Below, in pieces: positions 23,099 through 35,564 of a stretch of DNA of 64,000 bases (position 1 is its first letter; each line of letters begins with the position of its first letter). The notes beneath the pieces were generated by a model. It ran no database searches. It was given only the letters and a program-made list of their open reading frames with translations, and was not told where the DNA came from. Position numbers and translations under genes: made by a program. The stretch lies in the NCBI GenBank assembly GCA_963841895.1, contig CAWJEO010000020.1, positions 87,852 through 151,851 on the forward strand. The letters are read 5' to 3'. The DNA is from an uncultured Acidobacteriota bacterium. GTDB taxonomy: Bacteria > Acidobacteriota > Vicinamibacteria > Vicinamibacterales > UBA2999.

Positions 23099-25010
23099 CT
23101 AGAGCACGACCCGCGCGTCTCCCACTCGTCTCGTCACGCGCTCCCGATCCAGCCATTCGAGCAGCGGGATCGCAAACTTCCTCGTCACCCCGTACCGCTC
23201 CTTGAACGTCGACACGTCTACGGTGACGTCGAGCTTGCCCGCTCGACTTTCAGCGCGCGAGTTTCGCTCTTGAGGTCGGCCAGAGCCTGGCTGTGGAAGA
23301 TCAGCGTGTCGACGCGGGTCAACCGCGTTTGACGAATCAGCAGCGTCGTCATCTTCTCGACGAGCGCCAGCGGCCACTTTCCGTCCGCGGCAATCGTTGC
23401 CGCGTCGGGCGGCTTCAGGCCTCCTTTGGCAATACGCGGCCTCGATCCCATCGAACGCCTGCTGTTCGATCGCGCTCAGCTCGAGCCGATGACCGGGCAG
23501 CGCCAGTCGATCGCGCACGACCAGCCGCTTTGACTCTGCGAGGTCCTGGAGAGTCAGGATGAAGACGTCGACGTGGGCTCGCGCGAAAACGCGCTCACGC
23601 GCTTCCTCGCGCGGAATCCCATCGGCAAGCGGCTGGGCCTTGTGAAAGTCGCGCGACCAGCGCAAGGAGCCTGCTGGACAGGCCTTCAACGATTTCGGCG
23701 GACACCAGGCGGCTGCCAGCGATGCGGACCGCACCGCTGCCGGTGAGCGTTGACACCGCAGCGTCGAGCGCGCCCGGCGTCACGCCGGCGCGAGCGATCA
23801 GCGAACGAACAGGCAACCCGGCGCCGCCCGCATCCCTGATCATTCGGGTCAGCGCCAACGAGTCGTCGTGTCCTTCAGGCGCCGGGCCGATCGCCGCGAA
23901 GCGTGCGGCGGCGGCCGCGATCCGGATGCCAACGCGCGGCGGATCGGGATCGAGAATCTCGCCGCCGCCAATCGTGATCGTTGGGGAATAGGCGCGCAGG
24001 ATGAATCGATCGCCGCGGGTCAGTGCTGCGGGCGCTTCGAGACGCAGCCGGGCCGGCGCCGAACTGCCCGGCGGCATCTCGGTCATCGATCCGGCGATCG
24101 ACACGCGTCCCAGCACTTCCATCGTTCCCTGGTGGACGTGAACGCGTGCCCCGTGCTTCAGCGGCTTCGCTCCAGGCAGCAGCTCGATGACGACATCGGC
24201 TCGCCGCGTCACGGTGACGCCGTCGGGTGCGCAGAGCGACTGGCCGCGATGGATCGCGGCCACCTCGATCCCGCCAAGATTGACGGCGGTCCGCTGCCCC
24301 GTGACCGCTTCGGCGGTGCCACGCGCATGGACCTGCACCCCGCGAACGCGAACCCGCTGCCCGCCCGGCACCAGCTCGAGCTCGTCGTCTGGACGAATCC
24401 GTCCGGACACGAGCGTCCCGGTCACCACCGTGCCGAATCCCTGCATCGAGAACGCGCGATCGATCGGCAGCCGCGCCGCGCCGTCGCGTCGCCGATGCTC
24501 GACCGCGCGGCCGTAACCGGCCAACACCGCGCGCAGCTCGTCGAGGCCCGCGCCGGTCCGCGCCGAGACCGGCAGAACCGGTGCGTCAGCGAGAAACGAG
24601 CCGGCGACCAGCTCGCGGACCTCGAGACGTACGAGATCCAGCGTGTCCTGGTCCACGAGATCGCTTTTCGTCAGGACGACGATTCCGCGACCGACCCGGA
24701 GCAGCCGGCAGATCTCGAAGTGCTCGCGCGTCTGTGGCATCACCGACTCGTCGGCGGCAACCACGAGCATCACCGCATCGAGCCCGCCGGCGCCGGCGAG
24801 CATGGTGCGCACAAACCGCTCGTGCCCCGGCACGTCGACGAACGCGACGGTCACGTCGCCAATCGCGGCGTGGGCAAAGCCGAGCTCGATCGTGATGCCG
24901 CGCTCTTTTTCTTCTTTCAGCCGATCGGGATCCGTACCGGTCAACGCGAGCACAAGCGAGCTCTTGCCGTGATCGATATGACCGGCGGTGCCGACGACGA
25001 TGTGCGGCAT
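23099..25010 (-). CDS. selB: Selenocysteine-specific elongation factor SelB, with two or more frame breaks.
   Basis: G domain [21 protein letters not shown] and TKSD. C-terminal winged-helix tail [35 protein letters not shown]. Confidence 0.9.
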
Positions 25011-25013
25011 GCG

Positions 25014-27312
25014 CTATTTCTCGTCCCTGTCTTGCGGGCCCGCTCGTTGCGGCCTGGACGCTGCTTCTTTCGCCGTGCGGCGTCCTTGATCTTGCGCCGT
25101 TGCTCCGGCGTGCCCAGGCGCTGCTCCTTCTTCGGCCGCGCCTGGCTGCGGCTGGCGCCGCGCCGCCGTTCGTCGGCGCGCACCGCCTCGAGCACCTCGT
25201 CGATGCCGAGGTCGATCTGACGGCGCTCGAGGTCGACCCGGATCACCTGCACGACCACCTTGTCGCCGAGGCGGTACTTCTTGCGCGTGTTCTCGCCGAA
25301 CAGCGTGTGACTCTGCTCGCTGTAGCGATAGTAATCGTCGGCCAGCGTCGAGACGTGGACCAGGCCCTCGACGTAGTGCTCGACGAGCTCGACGAACAGC
25401 CCGAACGAGGCGACGCCAGTCACGTAGCCCTCGAAGACGTCGCCGACCTTGTCGGCCATGAAACGGACTTTCTTCCACTGAAGAATCTCGCGCTCGGCCT
25501 CAGCGGCCCGCCGCTCCATCTCGGAGGTATGACGGCCGGCTTCCGGCAGGTCATCGTCCAGCTCGTCGCGCCGTTCGTCCGACGACCCGACCGCGGCGCA
25601 GTTCGCGCAGGGTGCGATGGACGACCAGGTCCGGATACCGGCGGATCGGCGACGTGAAGTGCGTGTAGGTCGGCGCGGCCAGACCGAAATGGCCGACGTT
25701 CATCGAGTCGTAGCGCGCCTTCTGCATCGTCCGCAACATCAGGAACGCGATGGGACGCTCTTCGGGTGTGCCCTTGATCCGCTCGACCAGCCGCTGGAAG
25801 TGCGACGGACGAATGATTCCCGACGGCGCGCCGAGACTGAACCCGAGCGAGGTCACGAACTCGTCGAACTCGGCGACCTTGAGCGGATCGGGCGGCTCGT
25901 GGATGCGGTAGAGCGTCGGCATCTCGTTCTGCTCGAGGTGAGCGGCCACCGTTTCGTTGGCGAGCAGCATGAACTCTTCGATCAGCCGATGCGCGATGTT
26001 CCGCTCGCGCGCCACGATGTCTTCGATCAGTCCCTCGTCGTCGAGCAGCACTTTGGGTTCGGGGAGGTCGAAGTCAACCGAGCCGCGCCGGTGCCGCCGC
26101 GCGTGAAGGACGTGAAAGAGCTCCCCCATCAGCTCGAACGTCGGCACCAGGCTCTCGTACCGCGCCGACCGTCGCCGGATCCTTGTCGGTCAGAATGGCG
26201 TTCACCTCGGTGTAGGTCATCCGCTCGGTGCTGCGGATGATGCCGTCGTGCATCTCGTAACGGACGACCTCACCTCGCCGATCCACCTCCATCAGACACG
26301 ACTGCACGAGCCGATCGACGTGCGGGCGGAGGCTGCACAAGCCGGTCGCGAGCCCCTCCGGAAACATGTGAATGGCGCGCTCGGGAAAGTAGACCGACGT
26401 GCCGCGCTCGTAGGCCGCCTGATCGAGCGCCGTCCCTTCCGTGACGTAGTGCGACACGTCGGCGATGTGGACCCCCAGCCAGATATGGCCGTTCGCCAGG
26501 CGTTCGATCGAGATCGCGTCGTCGAAATCGCGGGCATCCTCGCCGTCGATCGTGACGACGATGCGATCGCGAAAATCGGTCCGGCCCTTGAGATCGCGTT
26601 CCTTGATCGACGTGCCGAGGCGGCGCGCTTCCTCGATCGCTTCCGGTGGGTGCTCGTCCGGAATGCCGTACTTCTGCAGGATGATCTCGGTATCGACGCC
26701 TGGCTCGTCGATCCCGCCGAGCACACGCACGATCCGCCCCAGCGGGCCACGCGACGGCGTCGGCCAGCGCGTAATCTCGACGGTCACCATGTCACCAGGC
26801 TCAGCGTCCTTGGCGTCGCCGCGCGGAATCTGGACGTCGGCCACCAGCCGGCGATCGAACGGCAACACAAAGCCAAGCCCCGCATCGTCCACATCGAACC
26901 GTCCGACCACGGTCTGAGCACGACGCTCGAGAACCTGGACGATCCGGCCTTCGGCCCGACCGTCGGCGCGGTGCCGCTCGATGCGAACGACGACGCGATC
27001 GCCGTGCAGCGCCTCGGCGACATTGGGGGCGGCAATGAAGATGTCGCCCTGCAGGCCGTCGGGCGCCCGCTCGGGTGTGACGAAGCCGAAGCCGGAGGGA
27101 TGGCCTTCGAGACGGCCGACCACGAGGTCCATGCGATCGGCAAGGCCGTAGCGATTGCCACGGACGAGGACAAGCGAGCCGTCGGCAACGAGCGAGCGCA
27201 AGTGTCGCTTCACGGCGACCCGTTCGTCTCGAGGAACCCGAAGGAGCTTCAACAGCTCACGCGCGGTCGCCGGATGGTGGACCTGCTCGCGCAGCTGTCC
27301 GGAGGAGCTCAT
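25014..27312 (-). CDS. rnr: Ribonuclease R with two or three frame breaks.
   Basis: DGEDARDFDDAISIE, VYFPERAIHMFPE, HFGLAAPTYTHFTSPIRRYPDLVVHR, an S1 domain FEGYVTGVASFGLFVEL and a K/R-rich tail. Confidence 0.92.
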
Positions 27313-27336
27313 CGCGTGAGGGCATACACAGATTCT

Positions 27337-27436
27337 AGGTGCCTAAGGTGCCTGGGGTGCCTTGGTGCCGGGGTGCTGGTGCCAAGGGTGCTTGATGGTG
27401 CGCCGGGTGCTTGGGTGCTTGGATGCTTGGGTGCTG
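27337..27436 (+). repeat. Direct tandem array of about 12 units of 7-9 nt with a GGTGCY core.
   Basis: aggtgcct aaggtgcct ggggtgcct tggtgccg gggtgct ggtgccaa gggtgctt ... tgggtgct tggatgct tgggtgct. It fills the spacer between the rnr start and the upstream gene's stop. Confidence 0.85.
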
Positions 27437-27437
27437 C

Positions 27438-28713
27438 TCAGGGCGCTGCTCCACGGGACGGGCCTGCTAACAGGACCTGTATGTCACCGACGTTGGTGTC
27501 GGTGCGACCGAGTCGGATGAGGTCGCCGAGGCTGTCGAAGAACGGGTACGAGTCGTTGTTGTCGAGAGCGGCTTCGGGCGACGCCGCTTTCGCGGCGGCG
27601 CGGCTGAGCGTCGAACGATCGACGATGGCCCCGGCGGCGTCGGTTGGCCCGTCGATGCCATCGGTGCCGACGCTGGCCACCATCAGCTCGCGATCGATCG
27701 TCGAGAGCCGTCGCGCCAGCGCCAGGACGAACTCCTGATTACGACCGCCCCGACCCGAGCCGGTGACGCGGACGGTGGTTTCGCCGGCCGAGACCACGCA
27801 CACCCGGCCCTCGTGCATCGCCAGCAGTTTCCACGCCTCGTCCAGCCACCGACCGGCCGCTGTCCGCGCCTCGCCGGTGACAGCGTCGCTGACGACAACC
27901 GCACGAAAGCCTTGCGTCTCGGCCTCGCTCGCCGGCCGCTTCGAGCGCGTCGCGCCGAGTCGCAATGACGTGCCCGGTGGCTCGCGCCATCTCGAGCGAG
28001 CCGGCCTTGGGCGTCTCCGGCAGCGCACCGGCAACGCCTGCCGCGATCCTCGCCCTCACGCTCGTGGGGTGATCGTCGTTGCCAAAACGTGCGAGGGCGT
28101 CCGCCGCATCCGCCCATGTCGACGGATCCGGAACGCCCGGACCCGACCCGATCACTGACAGGTCGTCTCCGACGACATCCGACACGGCGAGCGTCAAGGT
28201 CGCGCCGCGGCACGCGCGGGCGAGCAACCCGCCCTTGATCGCGGACAGGTGCTTGCGGACGGTGTTGAGCGCGTGAATGTCTGCGCCTTCGAGCATCATC
28301 CGCTCGATGGTGCGGCGCTTATCGGAGAGTGAAATGTCCGCCGCTGGCACGGCGGCCACGGCCGACGCGCCGCCAGAAAGGAGCAGCAAAAGCGTCTCTG
28401 TCGATGCCACGTGGGTCGCCATCGTCAGCGCCGCCTGCCCGGCGGCGACGCTGCGGTCGTCGGGAAACGGATGGCTCCCTTCGAACCACGTCACGCGCGG
28501 CGAGAGATCGTTCGGGCGGTGGGTCCCGATCGCGATGACATCAACGATCGGCAGTGTCGGATCTTGCGACCAGGGCGGCGGCCATTGTCCCCGCGGCTTT
28601 GCCGGCAGCGACAACGTGCAGCGGACGACGCAAGTTGAGGAATGTGTGAAGAGGCGACGGATGGCGGTTGTGACCGCGTGACCGGCGCTCGCACCGAGAA
28701 TGCCCGCTCGCAC
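27438..28713 (-). CDS. Glycerate 2-kinase / hydroxypyruvate reductase-like protein (DUF4147 + MOFRL), with three or more frame breaks.
   Basis: GSHPFPDDRSVAAG, LLLLSGGASA, RKHLSAIKGG, SAGETTVRVTGSGRGGRNQEF and GTDGIDGPTDAAGA. Confidence 0.8.
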
Positions 28714-28754
28714 GATGGCGTGCAGAGCGTGTCTGAGCGGGAGGCCCGTCGGGG

Positions 28755-29111
28755 TCAGTGCGCCTTGTGCGGGTCGGACCAGTCCGACAACCGCGTCACG
28801 AGATCGAACTCGCGCAGAAGCTTGGCGACCACCTGGTCGGCGTCAGCCTTGGTGGACAAGGCATCGACCTGCGCGATGACCTTCACGAGCGCCGATTCCA
28901 CGCTGTCGATCGCCTGCGAAGAAAAGTACTCGCGGTGCTGTTGCAGACAGCGCTGATGCTTGATGAATTCTTCGCGGTAGAACTCGGTGATCGGAGACGT
29001 GGGGGACGGACCTTGACGAGTAATCAGGAATCGCTGCATACGGTTCCAGAGGCCCTTCGGAAAAACGCAGGAGACCAATCCAGTGTAGGAGTCGTCCCTG
29101 ATGCGTGTCAA
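28755..29111 (-). CDS. Hypothetical protein with no recognised family. The TTG start is doubtful; an internal ATG at 29039 is possible.
   Basis: Intact 118-aa ORF. Its 5' half is visibly less GC-rich than the neighbours. Confidence 0.4.
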   Translation of the reverse strand: MTRIRDDSYTGLVSCVFPKGLWNRMQRFLITRQGPSPTSPITEFYREEFIKHQRCLQQHREYFSSQAIDSVESALVKVIAQVDALSTKADADQVVAKLLREFDLVTRLSDWSDPHKAH

Positions 29112-29113
29112 CG

Positions 29114-29137
29114 GAAAAGCCCATGAAATGGGGCTTC
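29114..29137 (-). terminator. Rho-independent terminator after ftsX.
   Basis: The minus strand reads gaagccccat ttc atgggctt followed by tttc. Confidence 0.5.
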
Positions 29138-29179
29138 GCGGCGCTTTCCTGTTGAACGGTCATTCAAGAAGAGGTTCCG

Positions 29180-30065
29180 TCACCGGGCCATGCGCGACGC
29201 GATCGCACCCGCCGCCGCCCCGACCAGCAGGCCGGCGCCGAGCAGCAAGAGCACGTCCGACGCCGGGAGAAACGCGAACGCGCCGACGCGAACGATCCCC
29301 GTGATCGCTGCTTCGGCCTGGGTCCGCAGCGTCGAATAGAGCGCCCACAGCGACAGCACCGCAACCAGCGGCGCCAAGGCCGCCGAGCAGCGTTCCCTCG
29401 GCCACGAATGGGCCGCGCACGAAGGCCGACGGCGCGCCGACCAGCTGCATGATGTCGAGCTCGGCGTGCCGCGATTCAAGCGACAACCGCACCACGGCGG
29501 CAACCGTGAACGCCGCGCCGAGCACCAGCACGGCCGCGACGATCAGGCCGCCGACGCGAATCGACGCGACCGCGGCAAGCAGCCGCGCCAGCCATTGACG
29601 GTCGTAGCGGACGTCGGCCACGCCCGGACGATCGGTCAAGCGATGCGGCCAGTGCCGCCGCCGCGTCCGCCGGCGCCCGGCTCCGAGCGCAGCCGCACTT
29701 CGAGCGACGATGGAAACGGGTTGTCGCCGCGAGGCGATGTCGGCCAGCTCGGGAAAATCCTGACGAAACCGCTCGAGCGCGCTCTCCTTCGACACGTACT
29801 CCACGGCCGCAACCGCCGACTGCTGCTGCAATTCGCCCGTGAGCGCCGCGCGGCCCGCTTCGTCGAGGCTTTCATCGAGATACACCGACATCTCGGCGGC
29901 TTGCGCCCACTGCTCGGCGACGCGCTGCAGGTTGAAGGAGATCAACAGGAACACGCCGAGGGTCAGAAAGGCGATCGCAATCGTGACGATCGAGACCACC
30001 GCCGATCGTCCGCCGCGCCGCATGCTGACAAGCGCCTCGCGAAAGGCGTAGCTGAGCGCGCGCAT
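29180..30065 (-). CDS. ftsX: Cell-division permease-like protein FtsX, with two or more frame breaks.
   Basis: MRALSYAFREALVSMRRGGRSAVVSIVTIAIAFLTLGVF and IMQLVGAPSAFVRGPFVAEG. ATGA overlap with the ftsE stop at 30065. Confidence 0.85.
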
Positions 30066-30748
30066 CACGACGCCTCCGGTGGCGCGGCTCCAGGCGCACC
30101 GTGCAGGCGGCCGTGCTCGAGGTGCACCGTCCGCCGATTGACCCACTTGATCAGTTCGCGATCGTGGGTCGCGACGAGCACCGTGGTCCCGCTCGCGTTG
30201 ATGTCGCGGAACAGGTTCATGATCTCCAGCGACAGGTCGGGATCGAGGTTGCCGGTGGGTTCGTCAGCCAAGACGAGCTGCGGCTCGTTGACCAGCGCCC
30301 GCGCAATCGCGACCCGTTGCTGCTCACCGCCGGAGAGCTCGGGTGGAAATGCGTTGAGCCGGTGCTGGAGCCCCACCCACTTCAGGACCTGATAGGTGCG
30401 ACGCCGCTGCTGCTCGATCGGCGTGCCCAGCACCTGCAGCGCAAAGCTGACGTTCTCGAAGACCGTCTTGGTCGGAATGAGCTTGAAGTCCTGGAAGACG
30501 AACCCGACGGTGCGGCGGTAGGCCTGCACCTCGCGGCGCGACATCCGCACGAGGTTGCGGCCGTTGACGATGGCCGTGCCCTCGGTGGGTCGATCCTGCA
30601 GCAGGAGCAGCCGCAGCAGCGTACTCTTGCCGGCCCCGCTCGGTCCGGTCAGGAACACGAACTCGCCCTTGCCGATGCTGAGCGTGAGGTCTCGCAGCGC
30701 GTAGAGGCCGCGACCGTAGGCTTTGCCCAGACCGTGCGTCTCGATCAC
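30065..30748 (-). CDS. ftsE: Cell-division ATP-binding protein FtsE.
   Basis: Walker A GPSGAGKST, signature LSGGEQQRVAIARAL, Walker B LVLADEPTGNLD. Intact. Confidence 0.92.
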   Translation of the reverse strand: MIETHGLGKAYGRGLYALRDLTLSIGKGEFVFLTGPSGAGKSTLLRLLLLQDRPTEGTAIVNGRNLVRMSRREVQAYRRTVGFVFQDFKLIPTKTVFENVSFALQVLGTPIEQQRRRTYQVLKWVGLQHRLNAFPPELSGGEQQRVAIARALVNEPQLVLADEPTGNLDPDLSLEIMNLFRDINASGTTVLVATHDRELIKWVNRRTVHLEHGRLHGAPGAAPPEAS

Positions 30749-30785
30749 CGACGGTATTGTAAGGGACGCGCGGGCGCGCGCAGTC

Positions 30786-32229
<1,444 letters not shown>

Positions 32230-32232
32230 GGC

Positions 32233-32298
32233 GAGGTTCCGGGGTTCCTGGGTTCCGAGGTTCCGGGTTCAGACCTCGAACCTGGAACTGGAACCTTG
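32233..32298. repeat. 8-nt phased GGTTCC array facing GGAAC units. It occupies the whole pckA-gatB spacer.
   Basis: aggttccg gggttcct gggttccg aggttccg ggttcag acc tcgaacct ggaactg gaacc. Confidence 0.85.
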
Positions 32299-32303
32299 AA
32301 GCG

Positions 32304-33903
32304 TCAGACGTTCGGCCCTGCAGCAACGACCGCCGGATCGACGTCCGCCGTAAACGTCTTGAAGTTCTCGACGAACATCGCGGCGAGCTTGGCCGCCTGC
32401 GCGTCGTACGCGGCCTTGTCCTGCCAGGTGCTGCGCGGATCGAGCACCTCGGCGGCGACGCCGGGGCACGACGTCGGCATGTCGAGGTTGAAGACCGGAT
32501 GGCGCTGGTACGACACGTTGTCGAGTGCGCCCGAGAGCGCCGCCGTGATCATGGCGCGCGTGTACGCGATCTTCATCCGCGATCCGACCCCGAACGGCCC
32601 GCCCGTCCAGCCGGTGTTCACCAGCCACACCCGCGACTTGTAACGGGCGATGCGCTCGCCCAGGCCGCGCGCGTAGACGTTCGGATTGAGCGGCAGGAAC
32701 GGCGCGCCGAAGCAGGTGCTGAACGTCGCGCTCGGGTCCTTCACGCCCTTCTCGGTCCCCGCCACTTTCGCGGTGTAGCCGGACAGGAAGTGGTACATCG
32801 CCCCTTCAGCCGACAGTCGCGCGATCGGCGGCAGGACACCGAAGGCGTCCGCGGTCAGCATCACGATGTTGGCGGGATGACCGCCAGCGCCGGACGGCAC
32901 CGCGTTGTCGATGAAGTCGATCGGATACGCCCCGCGCGTGTTTTCGGTCAGCGACGCGTCGTCGAGGTCCAGCGCCCGCGTCTCCGGGTCGATGACGACG
33001 TTCTCCAGGACCGTCCCGAACCGGCGCGTCGTCTCGTAGATCTGCGGTTCGGCCTCGGCCGAGAGCCGGATCATCTTCGCGTAGCAGCCGCCTTCGAAAT
33101 TGAAGATGCCCTGATCGCTCCAGCCGTGCTCGTCGTCGCCAATCAGCTGCCGATCGGGGTCGGACGACAGCGTCGTCTTGCCCGTTCCGGAGAGCCCGAA
33201 GAAGAGCGCCGTATCGCCGCCCTTGCCGACGTTCGCCGAGCAGTGCATCGACAGCACGCCCTTCAGCGGCAGGAGGTAGTTGAGCACCGTGAAGATGCTC
33301 TTCTTGTTTTCGCCGGCGTAGCTCGTCCCCGCAATCAGCACTTCGCGGGTGCCGAAGTTCACGACGATGGCGACGTCCGAGCGGGTGCCGTGGCGCGCGG
33401 GGTCGGCCCGGAAACTGGGAGCGGTGATGACGGTGTACTGCGGCGAGAAACTCGCCAGGTCCGCGGCTGGCGGAACGATGAACAGGTTGCGGACGAACAG
33501 GTTCTGCCAGGCGAGCTCCTGGATGAAGCGCACCGGCAGCCGGTAGGTCGGGATCGGCGCCGGCATACAGGTCCTGGACGTAGAGTTCACGCGTCGACAG
33601 GTGCGCCAGCATGTCGCGCTTCAGCGTCTCGAACAGCGTCGCCTCGATCGGGCGGTTCACTTTCCCCCACGCGACGTGCGTCTCGCTCGAGGGTTCCTTG
33701 ACCACGAACTTGTCGTTCGGCGAGCGGCCGGTGTGGGCGCCGGTGCGGCAGACGAGCGGGCCGTCGGCCGCCAGTTCGCCTTCGCGCCGGGCAAGCGCGT
33801 GCTCGTAGAGGAGAGGCGTCGAGAGGTTCCAGTGCACGGGGCCGGAGGTGTGCACGCCCTGCTGATCCAGTCCGCGCGCGGGCCCCGCGTGAGTCGTTGA
33901 CAT
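32304..33903 (-). CDS. pckA: Phosphoenolpyruvate carboxykinase (ATP), with one frame break near 33560.
   Basis: [28 protein letters not shown] and GGCYAK. Confidence 0.95.
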
Positions 33904-34123
33904 CGAAAAAGCTCCTGAAAGGTGCTGGGGGCCGTCCCGGTCGGGCGCAAAGCATCGTGCTGCGCACCCGGCCGGGCCGTGATGCCGGACACACGCCGCG
34001 GCTGGTCTAACCCCTCAATTCGCTCATGTTACCTATCCATCCGCCCGGACTGCCGTCCGTTCGCGACCAAGTTCCGCCGGCTCACGAGCGAATTGATTGT
34101 TCCCTCAGAGTGAACGGTAGGGT

Positions 34124-34139
34124 GGCACCCTCCCGGCAC
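34124..34139 (+). promoter_or_regulatory. Candidate sigma54 (-24/-12) promoter upstream of the ECF sigma gene.
   Basis: TGGCAC cctcc cgGCA. GG is at 34125-34126 and GC at 34137-34138, which is the canonical 12-nt offset. Confidence 0.4.
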
Positions 34140-34225
34140 TCCGGACTCACCGGACACCCTGAATCGCTCATCGTACCGGCTCGATTCTCGCTAAGTCAAT
34201 ATGGCGGGCGGTTTTGTGGCGAGCC

Positions 34226-34234
34226 TGCTACAAT
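34226..34234 (+). promoter_or_regulatory. Extended -10 candidate (TGcTACAAT), 44 nt upstream of the ECF sigma ATG.
   Basis: cctgctacaat read directly. No good -35 element. Confidence 0.3.
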
Positions 34235-34277
34235 CCGGTCATCCGGTAAACACCGTCAGGCCACGCCCACGTAACTC

Positions 34278-34929
34278 ATGTCAGGACGACCGATCGAAGT
34301 CGACCCCCGCGCCCCGGGACGTCCCGGCGAAGCGACCGGCACGCCAGCCTCCGCGCTGGCCGCCGAGATCAAATCGCTGGTCGCCGCCGGCGATCGTGAT
34401 GCGGCGCGGGAACGCTTCGGCGCGCTGGTGGCACTCCTGCAGCGGCGCGGCCTCCGTATCGCCTATCACTACCTGCGCGATGCGGCCGATGCGGACGAGG
34501 CCGTCCAGGACGCATTCGTCAAGGTGTTCCTGCACATCGAGCAGTACCGCGAGGAACTGTCCTTCGATGTCTGGTTCATGCGGATTCTCGTCAATGCGTG
34601 CCTCGACCGGCTGAAGAGCCGGACCCGGCAGCAGCGGTGGCTGGCGAGCCCGCTGGACGAAGGTCACGAGGCGCGGCCGGTCGAACAGGCCGCCGGCGCC
34701 GAGCCGTCGACCGAGCACCAGTTGCTGGTGCGCGAACGCTGGCAGCAGGTGCTGGACGCCGTGGCGGAGTTGCCGGACCGGCAGCGGCTGGTCTTCACGC
34801 TCTCGCATCTCGACGAACAGTCGGCGGCGGAAATCAGTGCGGCGACCGGGATGAGCCCGGCGACGGTGCGAGTGCACCTCTTCCGGGCAATCCGGAAGCT
34901 GCGCGCGATTGCTGGGAGAACAGGGATGA
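34278..34929 (+). CDS. ECF-type RNA polymerase sigma-70 family factor.
   Basis: Region 2 DADEAVQDAFVKVF. Region 4 LDEQSAAEISAATGMSPATVRVHLFRAIRKLR. The native stop is probably the TGA of GGATGAGC at 34927-34929. An indel fuses it to the next ORF in the track. Confidence 0.8.
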
Positions 34930-35560
34930 GCGTTCGGGAACCGCACGTGCCCCTCGACCGCCTCACGGCGCTGGCTCTCGTGGGCCGCGCCCCGGAGGGC
35001 GAACCGGATCGCTCTGCGCTCGCGCACGTGACCCATTGCGCGCAGTGCGCCGACGAGCTCGCCCGGCTGACCGCGGTCTCCGACGAATGGCGTGAAGCGG
35101 CCGTGGCCGAGGTCGACGCGATCTTCGACGCCGCAAGCCTCGACACCCAGCGTTCCCGCATCCTCGACCGGCTGGCGCATCTCGGCCAGGTCGCGCGCGT
35201 GCTGCAGTTCCCGACTCGCGTACTCGCGAAATCGTGATGCCGGTCGCCACGGGCAGCCGCCGCTGGATCAGCGTCGCCGCCGCCGCCGGGCTGATCATCG
35301 GACTGGTCGCCGGACAGCTGCTCCAGTTCGCGCCGCTCGACCGGACGATCGCCCGCGATCAGGTCACCATGCAGGCCCCCGGCCGGGCCAGCGCCCCGAC
35401 GATTCTGCCGGCCGCAGCCTCGGCGCCGCTTCTCAGCGACGACGAGCTGCTCGACGAAATCGAGGCGGCGGTTCAGCTGCGGCGCGCTCAGTCGCTGCGC
35501 GCGCTCGATGCGCTGACGCCGACGGCCAGCGAGTTCCGCGACTGGTCGCTCGGACATTAG
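34926..35560 (+). CDS. Anti-sigma factor (zf-HC2 plus a single TM), with one frame break near 35230.
   Basis: HVTHCAQCADELARL and the TM segment WISVAAAAGLIIGLVAGQLL. ATGA overlap with the sigma gene. Confidence 0.65.
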
Positions 35561-35564
35561 CGTA

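Noticed and set aside
34278-35237. Apparent single-polypeptide sigma/anti-sigma fusion (319 aa).
   Set aside because: The junction contains GGATGAGC, a classic ATGA stop/start overlap that falls out of frame by one indel. Given the pervasive frame errors, two genes are more parsimonious.
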